A stretch of DNA of 63,631 nt, filler included, from Craspedostauros australis (lineage: Eukaryota), in the NCBI GenBank assembly GCA_030167865.1. It is 8 parts of 8 records of this genome, joined end to end, with 100 filler letters (N's around TTAATTAATTAA, not from the genome) between each part and the next. Parts side by side here need not be neighbours in the genome. Positions count along the whole stretch, not along the records: positions 10,048 to 34,933 come from JALAGF010000238.1; 7 more parts are not named here. One strand, 5' to 3'. Below, one piece after another: positions 11,249 through 23,068 of this stretch; the stretch's first letter is position 1; every line of letters starts with the position of its first letter. A program made the position numbers and the translations under genes. The notes under the pieces are model-generated. The model saw only the letters and a list, made by a program, of their open reading frames with translations, made no database searches and was not told where the DNA came from.

Positions 11249-13537
11249 ATGAAGGGATTGGAAAGCATCGCGATGGCTGTTGCTCATCTGGAACATGGCA
11301 AAGGACCAAACAAAACCTCTGCCACAAACAAGGCTGGGAAGGATGCCGATGCGCCTCAAAGCATGGGTCAGACAGCGAACACGATCACGAATACCATCAC
11401 GAATACGATCGCAAGGATGGCCGCGAACCCAACACCCACACAGGTACGATCATCGCCAGCCGCAGCGCAAGCACAAGCAGCATCAGGAGTGGCAGCTGCC
11501 GCTGGTCGACATGCGCATGATGCCAGCGCACTGTTCAAGATCAGAAGCGGAAACGCAGGAGACATGCAGATCCCACTCGCGTCTTCACCCATGTCAAAAC
11601 GAAGCGTCGATGCTCGCGTGGCTGCGGGGGCTCCCATTCCCACAAGAAGGGACTTCGCCAGCAACGCTGCACGACTGGTATCAGCGGATTCCCTGCCGTC
11701 GGACGACAATGATGTGGACGATGGCAACATGCACCGACTGTCCGTCCCAGCTGCTGCGACGATGAACATCCCATCATCGGCCGGATTCCATAGATCCATC
11801 TCGCCCAGCGAGCAGCTGAGCATCAACCACGCTGCAGCAACGGCCGCTGCCGCCGCAGCCAGCCTCCAACACCACAACAACCACCACCTCCATCAACGCC
11901 ACCACAGCATGGCATCCGCCTACCTCGGCGCCCTCGGCCACACCCCAAGCGCATCCTTCTGGTCGACGGCCATGCAGCTCCGAGAGAGCGCCGCCGCTGC
12001 GGCCATCGCCAGAGGAGCGGCCGCCAGCCCTGCCGCCATGCACGCCCATCAGCAGCGCTCCGGATCGCCAGCCAACGCATTCGCAGCTGTTGCTGCCACA
12101 GGCACCGTGAGTGCCGGCATCCCCGTCCACTCTGAGCTTCGCGATCGAAGCCACGGCTCCACCTCGGGCAGTTCCTCTCAAGACCTCAGCAGACACGCGC
12201 CCGTTCCTGCGCCGTGCCCATCCTCTTCGCCGTCGCGGCCGCCAGCAGCGGCAACTGCGGCAGCCACGAACGCGGCGCCTGTCCCCATCGTCCCCAAGGC
12301 CTACTCCTCGATCGAGGACACGGAGGAGCTGGCCCGAACCGTGCCACCGCCTCCATCCCCATCCACCGTCATCACCAAGGTGCTCGAGAACGACGTCCTG
12401 TGTGGCCGCGGTGGTGAGACCAATCACCACCCTGGCAACGTCAAGTACCGCAACCTCGTCAAGTGCTACCAACCGCTGTACATCGTCTCCAAGCGCAGGG
12501 ACAAGCCAAGGATCGCCCAGAAGATTGTCCTCACGATCAGGAAGAACGGCGGCCGCTTCCTCAAGAAGGACAGCGCTACCAAGTCCTGGAGGGACGTTGG
12601 GAACACCAAGGCACGTGAGAAGACTTCGCAAGCGCTTCGCGAAGGTGCGCCAGAGCTTCGCAATGTCGGCAAGTCCGAGAGACGGTCGTCGACGTGCTCC
12701 GGTCCTGCCCAAAACGCCAAACCCAACGCCCATGCTGCGGCGGTTGCGGCTTCCGGTACTGGCGCTGGAAACTCTGGAATCGATACCGGCAGCGCCCACA
12801 GCAGCACAAGCGCCATTAGTGATGCGGCTGCCATGTCGGCTCCGCATCGACCACATAGCTCCATGCAGGAACAGCGTGCACCAATGCACGCTCAGATGCA
12901 CCTCAACATGCAGCAGCAACAACACCAACATCACCATTCCCTGGCCAACACGGCTGCCATCGCTCAGCTGGCAAGCCTCGGGCAGCTTCAACATGCTGCT
13001 GGCCTTGCGCCAGGAACTGCCAGCAGTCTTCTCGCAACCATCATCCATCACCAACAACAGCAGCAGCAGCAACACCATGCTGCGGCACCTCACGCAGCGC
13101 ACCTGTACTCTGCGCTGGCGAGAAGGATGAGTGGCTTCGCCGAGGCCCAGCCCTCCGTAACGGTCGTGAATAGCTCTCATGAAGAGATGCTCCATCGCGC
13201 CGCCAAACGCCACAGGCCAAATCCAACGCAGTCTCAAGCTCAAGCTGGCCGACACGCACAAGTCCCAGCACCAGCTCCAACGATCGCGTCTCCTGCCTCT
13301 GTCCCAAGCAGCGCCGCCACGGCCATCCCATCGCACGTTGGCTCCACAGGGAAGCCATCGCCGGTCTCTCCAACGTCAAGCTACGTTGCAGGTCCACTAT
13401 CGGATGACGGAGACAGCACATCCACCACCCAATCCGCAACGAATTCACCACGATCATCGTCATCATCATCCCCCAGGGGGCGAGGCCCTCGCCTCAAGCG
13501 ACTCAAGCGCCGACTGATAGAACAGTCGGAAGCCTAA
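11249..13537 (+). CDS. DUF6824-domain protein (putative nuclear regulator) with Ala/His/Gln-rich low-complexity flanks
   Basis: ENDVLCGRGGETNHHPGNVKYR...GGRFLKKD...W...AREKTSQALRE, plus a basic C-terminal RGPRLKRLKRR; 762 aa. Confidence 0.9.
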   Translation: MKGLESIAMAVAHLEHGKGPNKTSATNKAGKDADAPQSMGQTANTITNTITNTIARMAANPTPTQVRSSPAAAQAQAASGVAAAAGRHAHDASALFKIRSGNAGDMQIPLASSPMSKRSVDARVAAGAPIPTRRDFASNAARLVSADSLPSDDNDVDDGNMHRLSVPAAATMNIPSSAGFHRSISPSEQLSINHAAATAAAAAASLQHHNNHHLHQRHHSMASAYLGALGHTPSASFWSTAMQLRESAAAAAIARGAAASPAAMHAHQQRSGSPANAFAAVAATGTVSAGIPVHSELRDRSHGSTSGSSSQDLSRHAPVPAPCPSSSPSRPPAAATAAATNAAPVPIVPKAYSSIEDTEELARTVPPPPSPSTVITKVLENDVLCGRGGETNHHPGNVKYRNLVKCYQPLYIVSKRRDKPRIAQKIVLTIRKNGGRFLKKDSATKSWRDVGNTKAREKTSQALREGAPELRNVGKSERRSSTCSGPAQNAKPNAHAAAVAASGTGAGNSGIDTGSAHSSTSAISDAAAMSAPHRPHSSMQEQRAPMHAQMHLNMQQQQHQHHHSLANTAAIAQLASLGQLQHAAGLAPGTASSLLATIIHHQQQQQQQHHAAAPHAAHLYSALARRMSGFAEAQPSVTVVNSSHEEMLHRAAKRHRPNPTQSQAQAGRHAQVPAPAPTIASPASVPSSAATAIPSHVGSTGKPSPVSPTSSYVAGPLSDDGDSTSTTQSATNSPRSSSSSSPRGRGPRLKRLKRRLIEQSEA

Positions 13538-15120
13538 TGTGGCTGCTGCCTTGCGTCATGCAAATGTAGGTACGATTCCATGTACTCTGCACTTGCATAC
13601 CATCACGACAACAAGAGAGTGCCTTTAACTCTCATGGCGTATCGATGCATTCATCATCGCCCTGTGCCAGTATTGGTCCAAGACGCGTCATCCAAGCACT
13701 GGGAAACAGCATCAACAACAGCAACATAGAATCTACGACGCACAGCAACAATCAAATCCTCATACCATGATATCGCTTGCGACAGGACTATCTCAAGGGG
13801 AGATAGCCAACACAAGCGTCCTCCAACAAAGCACAGACGTTTTGCAAATGAAAGACTTGATCATCACAATCATGCAACTGGCAAAGGCATTCTTACCTAC
13901 TCTACGAGTGCACCAATTACGAGTGCAGAGAAGCTTTGCACCACCGATCAATTGATTGGTTCTAATTCATTCCGTTTCATACACTATTAATTCCACATCC
14001 GATCACTATCACCACCAACGTTAACAACGACACCACCAACAGCAAAGGAATGCTGTCTACTTGGTGTACCATACTATTACAATAATACAGATAGATAATC
14101 ACGCAATGAATACAGCAATCAATCGACCAAAGTATGTACTCACGTGCGTCAGTGAAAGAGATTCCAGTATCGTAGAGCGGTTCCGTCCTGGAGCACAACC
14201 GCTCTACGAATATTGAATGATGGGCCACTTTCGAGTGGAGGCAACACGCTTGCTCGCATGGCACCAATGCACACTTCTCTCTTGGCCAGTGCTGCAGCAA
14301 CTAATACGCATACGAAACTATTCTACGAAAGAGAGCAGATCAGTTGGCGTTGCGACGCGATTCATCCTGGATGTTACTGCTCGTAGTATAATGCCATGCT
14401 ATGTTGTGGCTTGTCTCATCTCTCAAGAACAACTGTTGGTCTCTTCTGCCACTGAGAGCTTGGCAATTCGAGGCCTGTTAAGGCCGTTGCCTGTTGTGCT
14501 TGACTTCCGCGCAAGCCAGCGCTTGATCCCAGCAGCAGTGGCAACAATCTGTTCCAAGTTGGTTCTTATACTCCCTGTCCGGAAATCTCCGACCTTCCCT
14601 CCGTAGATGCGCACTGCGCCATGAGCTTGTCGAAAGTGCGAGGGTGCTCGATCAACTCTAGTGATCGTCGTGATGCTCGATCAGCGAATGCAGATCGATC
14701 TGCATTCAACCATTCGCTTCAGACATGGTCAAGGTTGCCAGTCAATCCATGCTGATTCTACAACCAAGCTTGGGTGTTAGCCAGGGAAGGTTCGTACTTG
14801 CATCATCTTGAGACCGTGCTGGTAGACATTTATTCTTGCCGCCGGCGGCATTGCGTATCTCATTCGCAAAATGAGTCGAGGACGCTGTGCAGGCTGTCAC
14901 ACCTCATGCTCAAGTATTGCAGGTTTGATGCCGCACAACCTCAACTGCTTGCCCACCTGGTTGCTCAAGTGTGAGCATCTTGTGTGTGCGCGCGCGCCCT
15001 GCCTACGAGTACACACAGGCAGGCAGATGTAGGCAGATAGAGACACATCCTGACTAGAATGAAACCATGAGGCACGAAGCGTCGTCTTCCTGTGATCATC
15101 CAGGTCTCATGCCGCAGGGA

Positions 15121-17022
15121 TCATATCGCACCAGCGACATTATCGTTTCTGCCGCCGCCGTCAATGTGGCTCCCCATCGCGAACTCATGTTCGTCTTCCG
15201 ACGTATCGATCTCGCTGAGCAGCCGCACGTACTCGCGATCATCGGTGTTCGAATCGCCTTGACTCGGCGACATCAATGCCCCCATCTGCACCATCGAGAC
15301 GTTGTCGAAGGTGGTGTCCGGAGATTGCTTGCGGTACTTGACTTCGAGTTCGTGGATGTATTCATCATCTTCCAGGTCCGGCAGTTCGGCTGACATGTGG
15401 TACGCACCGAAGACCAGCAGGGAGGCCACGAGGTACGGCCAACCAGGCAACGCTGATTTCTCACTGATGGTCATCAGGCTTCCGAACACCAACGGACCGA
15501 TTCCCTCTGTGAGCGCTTTGATGCCGTTCACTGCCCCCAACGCCTCACCAACAGCCTCCGGTTCGACGTTGCCGCTGACGAGCGAGCTGAGGCTCGGGTA
15601 CACCAGATTGCCCAGCATGCTAAAGGCAACGCAGATGAACAGATGCCACCCTTCGTATGCAAACCCAAGCACGATGCACTGTACAGCGAAGCTGAAGAGA
15701 CCGATGCGACAGGATCGCTTCTCTCCCAGGATCGGGACCAGGATGCGTACCAGCACAGCCTCCGCCACCATCGTGCTGAGCCCCAGTGCGGACATGAGCT
15801 CTCCCAGACGATCCGGCGTGAGATGGAATCGTTGCACGGCGTACAGACTCAGCGTCGATATCAACGCCCACAGGCCCGTGTAGTAGAGGAACGCGACCTG
15901 CCCCACACGTCGCAGGAACGGATCGAATGCGACCAGCCGTATCGTCTCCAGCGGCGACCACGTGCCAGGATACTCATGGATGGACATGACGGTGGCGCTG
16001 CTCCAGCCGGCAGTGACGTCCTTCTTGGATTCTGGTAGGAAAAAGTATATGTAGATGGCATCCGCAATCGTCAGCAGCAAGCTGCAGATGAACACCAAAT
16101 GCATGCTCTGTTCTTGCGCCAAGTACCCACCAACCATGGGGCCGATGGTGAAGGACAGGCCGAGGGTCGCCAGCGCCAAGCCGTATGCCGCGACGCGTTC
16201 GTCCCGTTGTCGGACAGTGTCGGAAATGTAGGCAAACACCAAGGTGAAAGTCGAGCTGAAGATGCCTGACAAAGCCAGCATGATAACGAAGACCGTGATG
16301 GCATTGGCTGACAGCGGCTGACGCACGAGGCCACCTATCATCTCGCTGTCGCCCTGGATCAACACGGGCGTGGGGTCCTCCTGATTCCTCGCCCCATCGT
16401 TGCCATTCATTCCTGCCGTCGATAGCAGCCTGGTGCCGTATCCTTCCGACCCGGCGGGGTCCGACGGATCGAATGATGTGCCGCTGGATCCGAAGAGACC
16501 GTCGAAGGTCGGGTCACCCCACGAGAATAAGGCCAACGAGCACACCGGTGCGCAGGAACCAATAACCGTGACGAAGAGACATATCCTGCGCCCGATGATG
16601 TCGGAAAGCTTGCCAAAGATGGGACATGCGAGGAACGCCAGGATCCCCTTGATGCAATCGGCGGCTCCCAGTATGAGGTAGACGTTGTTGCCGTAGTGCT
16701 GCACCAGTATGGACGGCAGCACTGCTCTCGTCAGCGCGATGGCCAAGAACTCGAGCAGCAGCACCGGCAGCACGTACAGATGCTCGTACTTCTCGCGCTC
16801 CTCATCTGCCGATCTTGGCAATCGGAATGGCGGTGTCTGTCCAGGCGTCTTGTTGTTGAACAGTGATGATGACTGTGGCCACGATGATTCTGATGCTTCG
16901 TCATCGAGACTCTGTTTTATCGACATTGGCATCGGCATCGATGTTGATGCAGCTGCTGTCGATTTCTGTTGCTGTTTCCGCTGCGACTTGGCGGCATGTG
17001 GAGTGAATGAGGACAGAGACAT
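15121..17022 (-). CDS. MFS transporter, HIAT1/MFSD14-like
   Basis: MFS motif A (GKLSDIIGRR), FAYISD, FTIGPMVGGYL, and about 12 hydrophobic segments. First ATG at 17022. Confidence 0.9.
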   Translation of the reverse strand: MSLSSFTPHAAKSQRKQQQKSTAAASTSMPMPMSIKQSLDDEASESSWPQSSSLFNNKTPGQTPPFRLPRSADEEREKYEHLYVLPVLLLEFLAIALTRAVLPSILVQHYGNNVYLILGAADCIKGILAFLACPIFGKLSDIIGRRICLFVTVIGSCAPVCSLALFSWGDPTFDGLFGSSGTSFDPSDPAGSEGYGTRLLSTAGMNGNDGARNQEDPTPVLIQGDSEMIGGLVRQPLSANAITVFVIMLALSGIFSSTFTLVFAYISDTVRQRDERVAAYGLALATLGLSFTIGPMVGGYLAQEQSMHLVFICSLLLTIADAIYIYFFLPESKKDVTAGWSSATVMSIHEYPGTWSPLETIRLVAFDPFLRRVGQVAFLYYTGLWALISTLSLYAVQRFHLTPDRLGELMSALGLSTMVAEAVLVRILVPILGEKRSCRIGLFSFAVQCIVLGFAYEGWHLFICVAFSMLGNLVYPSLSSLVSGNVEPEAVGEALGAVNGIKALTEGIGPLVFGSLMTISEKSALPGWPYLVASLLVFGAYHMSAELPDLEDDEYIHELEVKYRKQSPDTTFDNVSMVQMGALMSPSQGDSNTDDREYVRLLSEIDTSEDEHEFAMGSHIDGGGRNDNVAGAI

Positions 17023-17734
17023 GGTCACGAACAATCCGATCCTGAACTGGAGACAGGGATGCTCGGTGGTTCGAGGCTTCAATTATATGAAGTGTAAGCC
17101 TATGCTTTGTTCTGACACGTCTGCTCTGATCATGGAAGGGGATGGAATGGAATGATGTATGTCCAATGCCTTTCCCTCGGTCTCACAACGCAATCCAATC
17201 CAATGCAATGCGACACGATCCAACCTCGTGCGTTGCGTTGTGTCTCGGTTCGTTGTGGCTCGTTTTGGAATAATAGGTAATATATAATATACCAATGTAT
17301 ACAATTTCAAACATGGTGTGTATAATACATAAACCATAATATGTAAATACACTTGCTTACCGCGGCTTACAATGCATGCCGACGAAAACCAAAACCAGTT
17401 CCCTCTTTGTTTCTTTCCCTCACGCAACCAACGCATTTTGTTGTGGCTTTTGTTTGGTCATTCTTCTTTTCTCATCAACGTTCATGACTCATGATTGTGG
17501 TGAATCGTGCGTCGAATCTTCCGTCTGTACTTGATCCGCGTGACCTCCATCCATTCATGATGGCGCCAAATCGATTGATCTCGACAACATCAACAGGAAT
17601 GACCATGCTGGCCACAACGACGATACTTGCATGGCAAGAGTACCAATACCAAGAAGAGCACATTCCCGTAAAGTATAATACATTACGAGCAACAATATTA
17701 TACTTTAGAAGAATCCACCGCGAGGAAGTTGACC

Positions 17735-19237
17735 ATGTCGTCGTCACCAAAGAAGAAGGACAAGAAGGAGAAGAAGAGCAAGGCGGAGAAAAAGAAGCAA
17801 AAGAAAGAAAAGAAACAGACGAAGAAGGATGAACCCGAGGCGGAGGCTGATGCATCAACTGGAACGGGGACTGGCGAATCAAAGATCGAGACCAAGAACA
17901 GCGAAGACAGATCGAAATCAGAGAACGGAGTGAACGATGCGAGCGCTGCAGCAGGCGTCAAGCAGAATGAGATGAAAGCGGAGGCAGCCGACGCTGAATC
18001 GGCTGATCGGAAACGATCGAGGGATGGCAATGATGGATCAGCCACGAAGAATGATGAGGTCGCTGGTAGTCCCAAGAAGAAGCGGAAGAAAGCGAAGAAG
18101 AAACAGAAAAACGAATCCAAGACGCAAGCGCACCAGCAGGATCAGAAGCAGAAACAGATGGATGATGATGCTGGAGACGAACCTGAGAAACCGGATGAGC
18201 CATCATTGCAGTCTGAATCAAATGATGGCGATTCCGACAGCGATGACGACGACCTTCTGGCAGCCGCTGCAGCATGGGTGAATACAGATGAGACTGAAAC
18301 GCCGAATTCATCAAGTGCCGATATTGTTGAGGAACATCCACAGACACAAAGGCAGAAGAAAGAGAAGAACAAGAAGGTTGCGAAAGGAGACACAGAGGCA
18401 GATCCCGACGATGACGACGAAAACAGCACCACTCTATCGCTGCATATCACGCAACTGCCATTCGATGCATTGGATTTCGAAGTGCGCAGGATGTTTTCCG
18501 AGCAAGGCTGTCACATCGCTTCCCTGCGCATGGTGAACGACCGTGATTTGGACGGCAAACGCAAGCTCTTCCGAGGCGTGGCGTTCGTGGACATGCACGA
18601 TCAAGCATCGTACAACATCGCCCTAGCGATGCATCGCAAGCATATCATTCGCGGAAGGCGATTCAACGTGCGTCCGACGCGGACCAAGACGGAGCTTGCC
18701 AGCATCGTTGAGCGAACCAAGGTGTTGGTGGAGGAGAAGATCCGGCAGCAGTTTGACAAGAACAAAGATGACAAACGCGGTACTACGTCCTCCACGCCTA
18801 CCAAAGGGGACAAGAAGAAAACGAATAGCGGTAAAGGCAATGGCAAGAGCAAGAGCAGGAATACTGACAGCAGCAGCAGCAGCAACGACACCACTACCAA
18901 ACCAAAGAAGACGAACAGCAGCAACACAACCACCAACGGCAACAAAAATACGAGTAGCAAGATGGTCAATGAGGAGGCGAAGAAACGGAAGAATGACAAG
19001 AAGAAGCAACGCAAGGAGAGGAAGAAGGCTGCTGCAGCAGCCGCTGGTGCTGGCGGGAAGCCAAATGCACAGACTGTGGCGAAGAAATCGCAGACGGGTG
19101 TGTCCAAACACAAGCTCGTCAAGCCTGACAAGCTCGTCAAGACTGCAGAGGATGACAAGAACCCAAAGCTCTCGAAAAAGGAACGCAATCGCAAGGCTGC
19201 CATCCTCATGAATGCTCGCAGAGGGAGACGGAGTTGA
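17735..19237 (+). CDS. Lys-rich RRM protein (probably nucleolar)
   Basis: RNP2 LHITQLPF and RNP1 RGVAFVDM, with K-rich and acidic flanks. Confidence 0.85.
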   Translation: MSSSPKKKDKKEKKSKAEKKKQKKEKKQTKKDEPEAEADASTGTGTGESKIETKNSEDRSKSENGVNDASAAAGVKQNEMKAEAADAESADRKRSRDGNDGSATKNDEVAGSPKKKRKKAKKKQKNESKTQAHQQDQKQKQMDDDAGDEPEKPDEPSLQSESNDGDSDSDDDDLLAAAAAWVNTDETETPNSSSADIVEEHPQTQRQKKEKNKKVAKGDTEADPDDDDENSTTLSLHITQLPFDALDFEVRRMFSEQGCHIASLRMVNDRDLDGKRKLFRGVAFVDMHDQASYNIALAMHRKHIIRGRRFNVRPTRTKTELASIVERTKVLVEEKIRQQFDKNKDDKRGTTSSTPTKGDKKKTNSGKGNGKSKSRNTDSSSSSNDTTTKPKKTNSSNTTTNGNKNTSSKMVNEEAKKRKNDKKKQRKERKKAAAAAAGAGGKPNAQTVAKKSQTGVSKHKLVKPDKLVKTAEDDKNPKLSKKERNRKAAILMNARRGRRS

Positions 19238-19336
19238 GTGGAGAACTGCACTCTAGATCCATGCTGTGAAACTGAAATATAGTAGACTCTCAACTATTGT
19301 ATTCGTACGCTATGACCATTTTAAGCTCTGCGATTG

Positions 19337-20146
19337 TCATCCCAACGGGATGGTGTAGAACTTGTTGTTTCCAAAGCTGCACATGATGTTGGAAACATCT
19401 ACAGGTACGATTGGCGGCGATGCATCATCGGATGGTGATGGTTGGGCTGCCCCATTCGAGAGGTTTGCACTGCCTGGAAAGGAAGCAATGCTGATGTGGA
19501 AGATCGGTGGATCGTAGTACGGCTCAACGCCGTATTGCCTCAAAACATGATCGACGTGACCGACAAGACGCTTCAGATGATCCATTCCATGAGAGCATCT
19601 CCAAACCACGAAACCGCGCGTGCGCTCATCATTGACCAGCACGACATTCTGCGAAGACAGAGCAACGCACGTCGTGCGCTCGTATTGCAACCGCTCCCGC
19701 AGCGCCTGCACGCAACGATCGATCGACCCTTGCTGCAGTGCGAAATGGCGTGACAACGAGATGTGGAATTCTTCGTGGCGCACCAGCGGCCCTTCCAACC
19801 CAGCCGATGCCACGATGTGGCGGGCATCCATCAGACGTCCTTGCAGCAGTCCGTCCGCTTTGATGACTGATGGATGGATGGGTATGTACACATGAGTCCA
19901 CCAGCAGCCTCTCTGATGCGGCACCGTGCGATGGAACAGCGTCGGCGGCGCCTCGTCCCTTGTCACGATCTGGATATCGTCGGCAGTCGTCGACGTCGCT
20001 GACAGTGATTTGACACCGTGAGCTCCATTGCTGTGAAACTTGTTCTCGCCGACGGCGCCATGGAGCGCAGTGGGTATGCGATCGTCATCCTTGTTCGAGC
20101 TTGAGCTCGATCCTGAGCTGTCGTCGTAGTCTCCGATCAGATCCAT
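19337..20146 (-). CDS. USB1: U6 snRNA phosphodiesterase (2H phosphoesterase)
   Basis: N-terminal MDLIGDYDDS, RTVPH..G.W.THVY, two HxS motifs (FHISLSR, FHISIAS), LVNDERTRGF and YYDPPIFH. Confidence 0.9.
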   Translation of the reverse strand: MDLIGDYDDSSGSSSSSNKDDDRIPTALHGAVGENKFHSNGAHGVKSLSATSTTADDIQIVTRDEAPPTLFHRTVPHQRGCWWTHVYIPIHPSVIKADGLLQGRLMDARHIVASAGLEGPLVRHEEFHISLSRHFALQQGSIDRCVQALRERLQYERTTCVALSSQNVVLVNDERTRGFVVWRCSHGMDHLKRLVGHVDHVLRQYGVEPYYDPPIFHISIASFPGSANLSNGAAQPSPSDDASPPIVPVDVSNIMCSFGNNKFYTIPLG

Positions 20147-21014
20147 TTCTCCACCAGGATGGCATCACCTCATTGCAGCGTTCGGAATCGAGTGTTTGTG
20201 CTCGTATCACGATTGGTCGATGATAGGATGAGTGGGGCTTTGGTGTTGGTGTGGCGGCTGATGTCGACCCTGGTCTGCGAGGCTGTGACTTTGGATTCGT
20301 GTGACCACAAAGGAGGTATCTTGTTTGAGAACTTGTTTGAGAACGCGAACACGATTGTCAGAATCTGAAATTCTCTGTGTCGCATGTGACAGTCATTATG
20401 CACGACTTGAGATTTGCGATGAGAATGCGAAAACCGACAAGTGGCGCAAACGTCTCTGTTTGTGGGTTCTGTTCTGTCGATGTGGATGCAAACCGTGATC
20501 GCGCGATTTGTGCGACGCATTCTCGAACCTGACCTCCGCTCTGTGGTCATGGACGCGGTGTCGCCAAATGATGTGCGAAGTCGTGGGGTGGATGGTGCTG
20601 CGACAAAGTCTGAACAAGAGAGTGGTAGGAATCTTCTCGCGACGATCGCTCACATGTTGCCCGCCCTTGCCTCTACTTTGGATTCTGTCCTGAGATGACG
20701 CAATCGACACGTTGCTCGCGCGGACGCCGACAAACCATTCCCAGATTGTGCTCTCTGATCTGAATGTTGCGTGTAGTCGTATCGTCTCCCAAGCAGCAGC
20801 CGCATTCGCAACAGATACAGACCTCGCCAAGAGAGGAACCTCCACGACACAGCAACTGCCATCGTCCTCCTTCTGACGGCACCACCCATCAGTTGACAGA
20901 ACGCACTGTTCACAAATCGAAACACACAGCTGAGCAAGAACAAACACACCAACACAAGGCAGCTGAATCGCCACAACAACTGAACCAAACCAACATCCAA
21001 ACGAAACAGAAACC

Positions 21015-22765
21015 ATGGGACAGCACGTCTACCAAGCGCTCGTGGTCGGCTTCATCGTCGCGGTCTTCGCTGCGCCGATCCTTGTCGCCGTCATGATCCG
21101 TCAGAAGGAGATGACAAAGGAGCGCATGCAGTTGGAGCATGATCGCCAACACACCCACCATGACACCGTCACGGTGGACACAGCCTCCATCGACGAGGCT
21201 CGATTGTCTCCCTTGCTGTTGGCCCAGACTTTGGATCCACCTTTGCCCGAGGCTGTGGAATCTGGAGAATTCGTAAGTTCAGTGTTGCTGATGACCATCG
21301 TGCGGGACTGCTGCGAGGAAAGAGCCACGCAACTCTCTCTCTCTCCAATTGCCTGCCTATCCACCTGGTCTATCCCGTAGTGTTGCTCACGTTTCGCATC
21401 GCAAGAGCATGAACACTGTCTATCTACTGTGCCACACTACGAGGTCATTGATTGATGCAGTTATATTTCCATATTGTGGCGATGACTGAGGGAAACTGTT
21501 TCTCGTGTGTTTAGGTTTGATGCGCTTTCGCAACTTGCTAACTTATCCATTCTTGCTCACACTCTTGCTCGCATCCCTTGCTGTTGTGATTGTACCCTAC
21601 ATTTGCATTCATTTTGAATATGTTTCTGTGACCATCCCTCACCGTACCACATCGTCTATGCCTTCCACACGCACATACTGTGCAGGAGGGCGCCAAGTTT
21701 TGGGAAACCCACGACGAGCTGTTGGAAGCCGCATGGGCAGAGTGGGCCGACGGTGTCATCCTCCCAGACCTCATCGAGTCCAACCTCATCAGCCCACCCC
21801 TTTACGATGCCGTCAGCCGCACATGGCAAGACCCGAGTGAACAGAACGAAGGCGCAGTCAAGGAACTCTTCACGGAGGTCATGCCAGACGTGTACAGCTT
21901 CCAGCTCTTCCAACCAGAGGCCGTCCGAGATATCCGCAGACATTTGGATGCCGCCGCAGCCTCTCCCATCCCGAAACGCCGCCCGAACGCGATGAACCGA
22001 TACGGCCTCGTCATCGACAAGGACAGCGAGGGTGGTGTCACGTACCCAGAGATCGATGCTTTCCGTGACTTCGTGGTGGATCGGTACATGCGCCCGTTCG
22101 GACGAACCTGGTTCAACGAGTACGCTGGCCCAGATGATGACAAGGAGGCATATGCCTTCACCATCGCATACAGCGCGGACAAGGACGTCAAGCTGAAGGA
22201 GCACTCGGACGCCTCCCTGGTCACCATGAACGTCAACCTCAACCTTCCACACGAGGACTACGATGGTTCCCTCATCGCCTTCGTGGACGAGGAGGGCACG
22301 AAGCACGAACTGGTCTTCCAGCCGGGAATGGCCCTGCTCCACAGAGGCATGCACAGGCATTCGGCCCTTCCTCTCAACGAGGGCCAGCGTCACAACATGG
22401 TGTTCTGGCTGTTCGGTGAGAATGGTTACGTCCGCATCGCCAAGTACGATGACGACGAGCGCCTCAACCTTGAACAACGCTGGACCGTGCCACGCGCTGC
22501 GGACACCTCGGATGCCGAGGGCGATTACGATGGCAATTCCGAGAGCGGAGGTGAAGAGGAGGAAGAGGCTGAATCAAACGAAGTCGAAGAGCAAAGTGAG
22601 GACATCCATGAAGACAATGAGAATGAAAACGAGGACGAGTACGGATACAGCGCAAATACTGCGATGTCCAATGAAGCCGATGGCGACGACATGAACGAAG
22701 AGCCTTCCAAGGATGATGCCACCGATAATGACCGCGAAGAGATCATCGAGACGAGCACAGTGTGA
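21015..22765 (+). CDS. 2-oxoglutarate/Fe(II) oxygenase (OGFOD2-like); exons 21015-21272, 21686-22765
   Basis: RRPNAMNRYG, HxD motif (HSDASLVTMNVNL), distal His (HRGMHRH) and RxN (GQRHN). Phase-0 GTAAGT..CAG intron, N-terminal hydrophobic anchor, acidic tail. Confidence 0.88.
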
Positions 22766-23068
22766 GCACATCGTGCGTGCCCACGCTATTCGTACTTCAA
22801 CGATTCTGCTGGACCAATCTCTTTTTGCACATGTACTCGAACAGACGGATAGATGCCGCAGCCTCCAGGCAGCCACTGAGTCCCGAAGCATCTTCCTCCC
22901 GCGCATTTTATTTAAATTTGTACTCTAATCAATTTTACTGCATATACGTCCAAGCAAGGTCATGCATCGGTTGTGATAATTAGGCCAAAGGTGGGTGGAG
23001 GTAGAGATAGAGATGAGTTTAGTTCTCGCAGGCGCACTCTCGACGCACACCTGCACGCGATTTACTCT

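Noticed and set aside
11774..13336. 520-aa minus-strand ORF (likewise 22973-23968 +, 29449-30459 +, 8401-9246 +, 21656-22477 -)
   Set aside because: These are antisense shadows of well-supported genes in GC-rich coding DNA.
17270..17360. AT-rich patch as a diatom centromere-like element
   Set aside because: It is only ~90 bp long and lies in a divergent promoter region, which is too short to support the idea.
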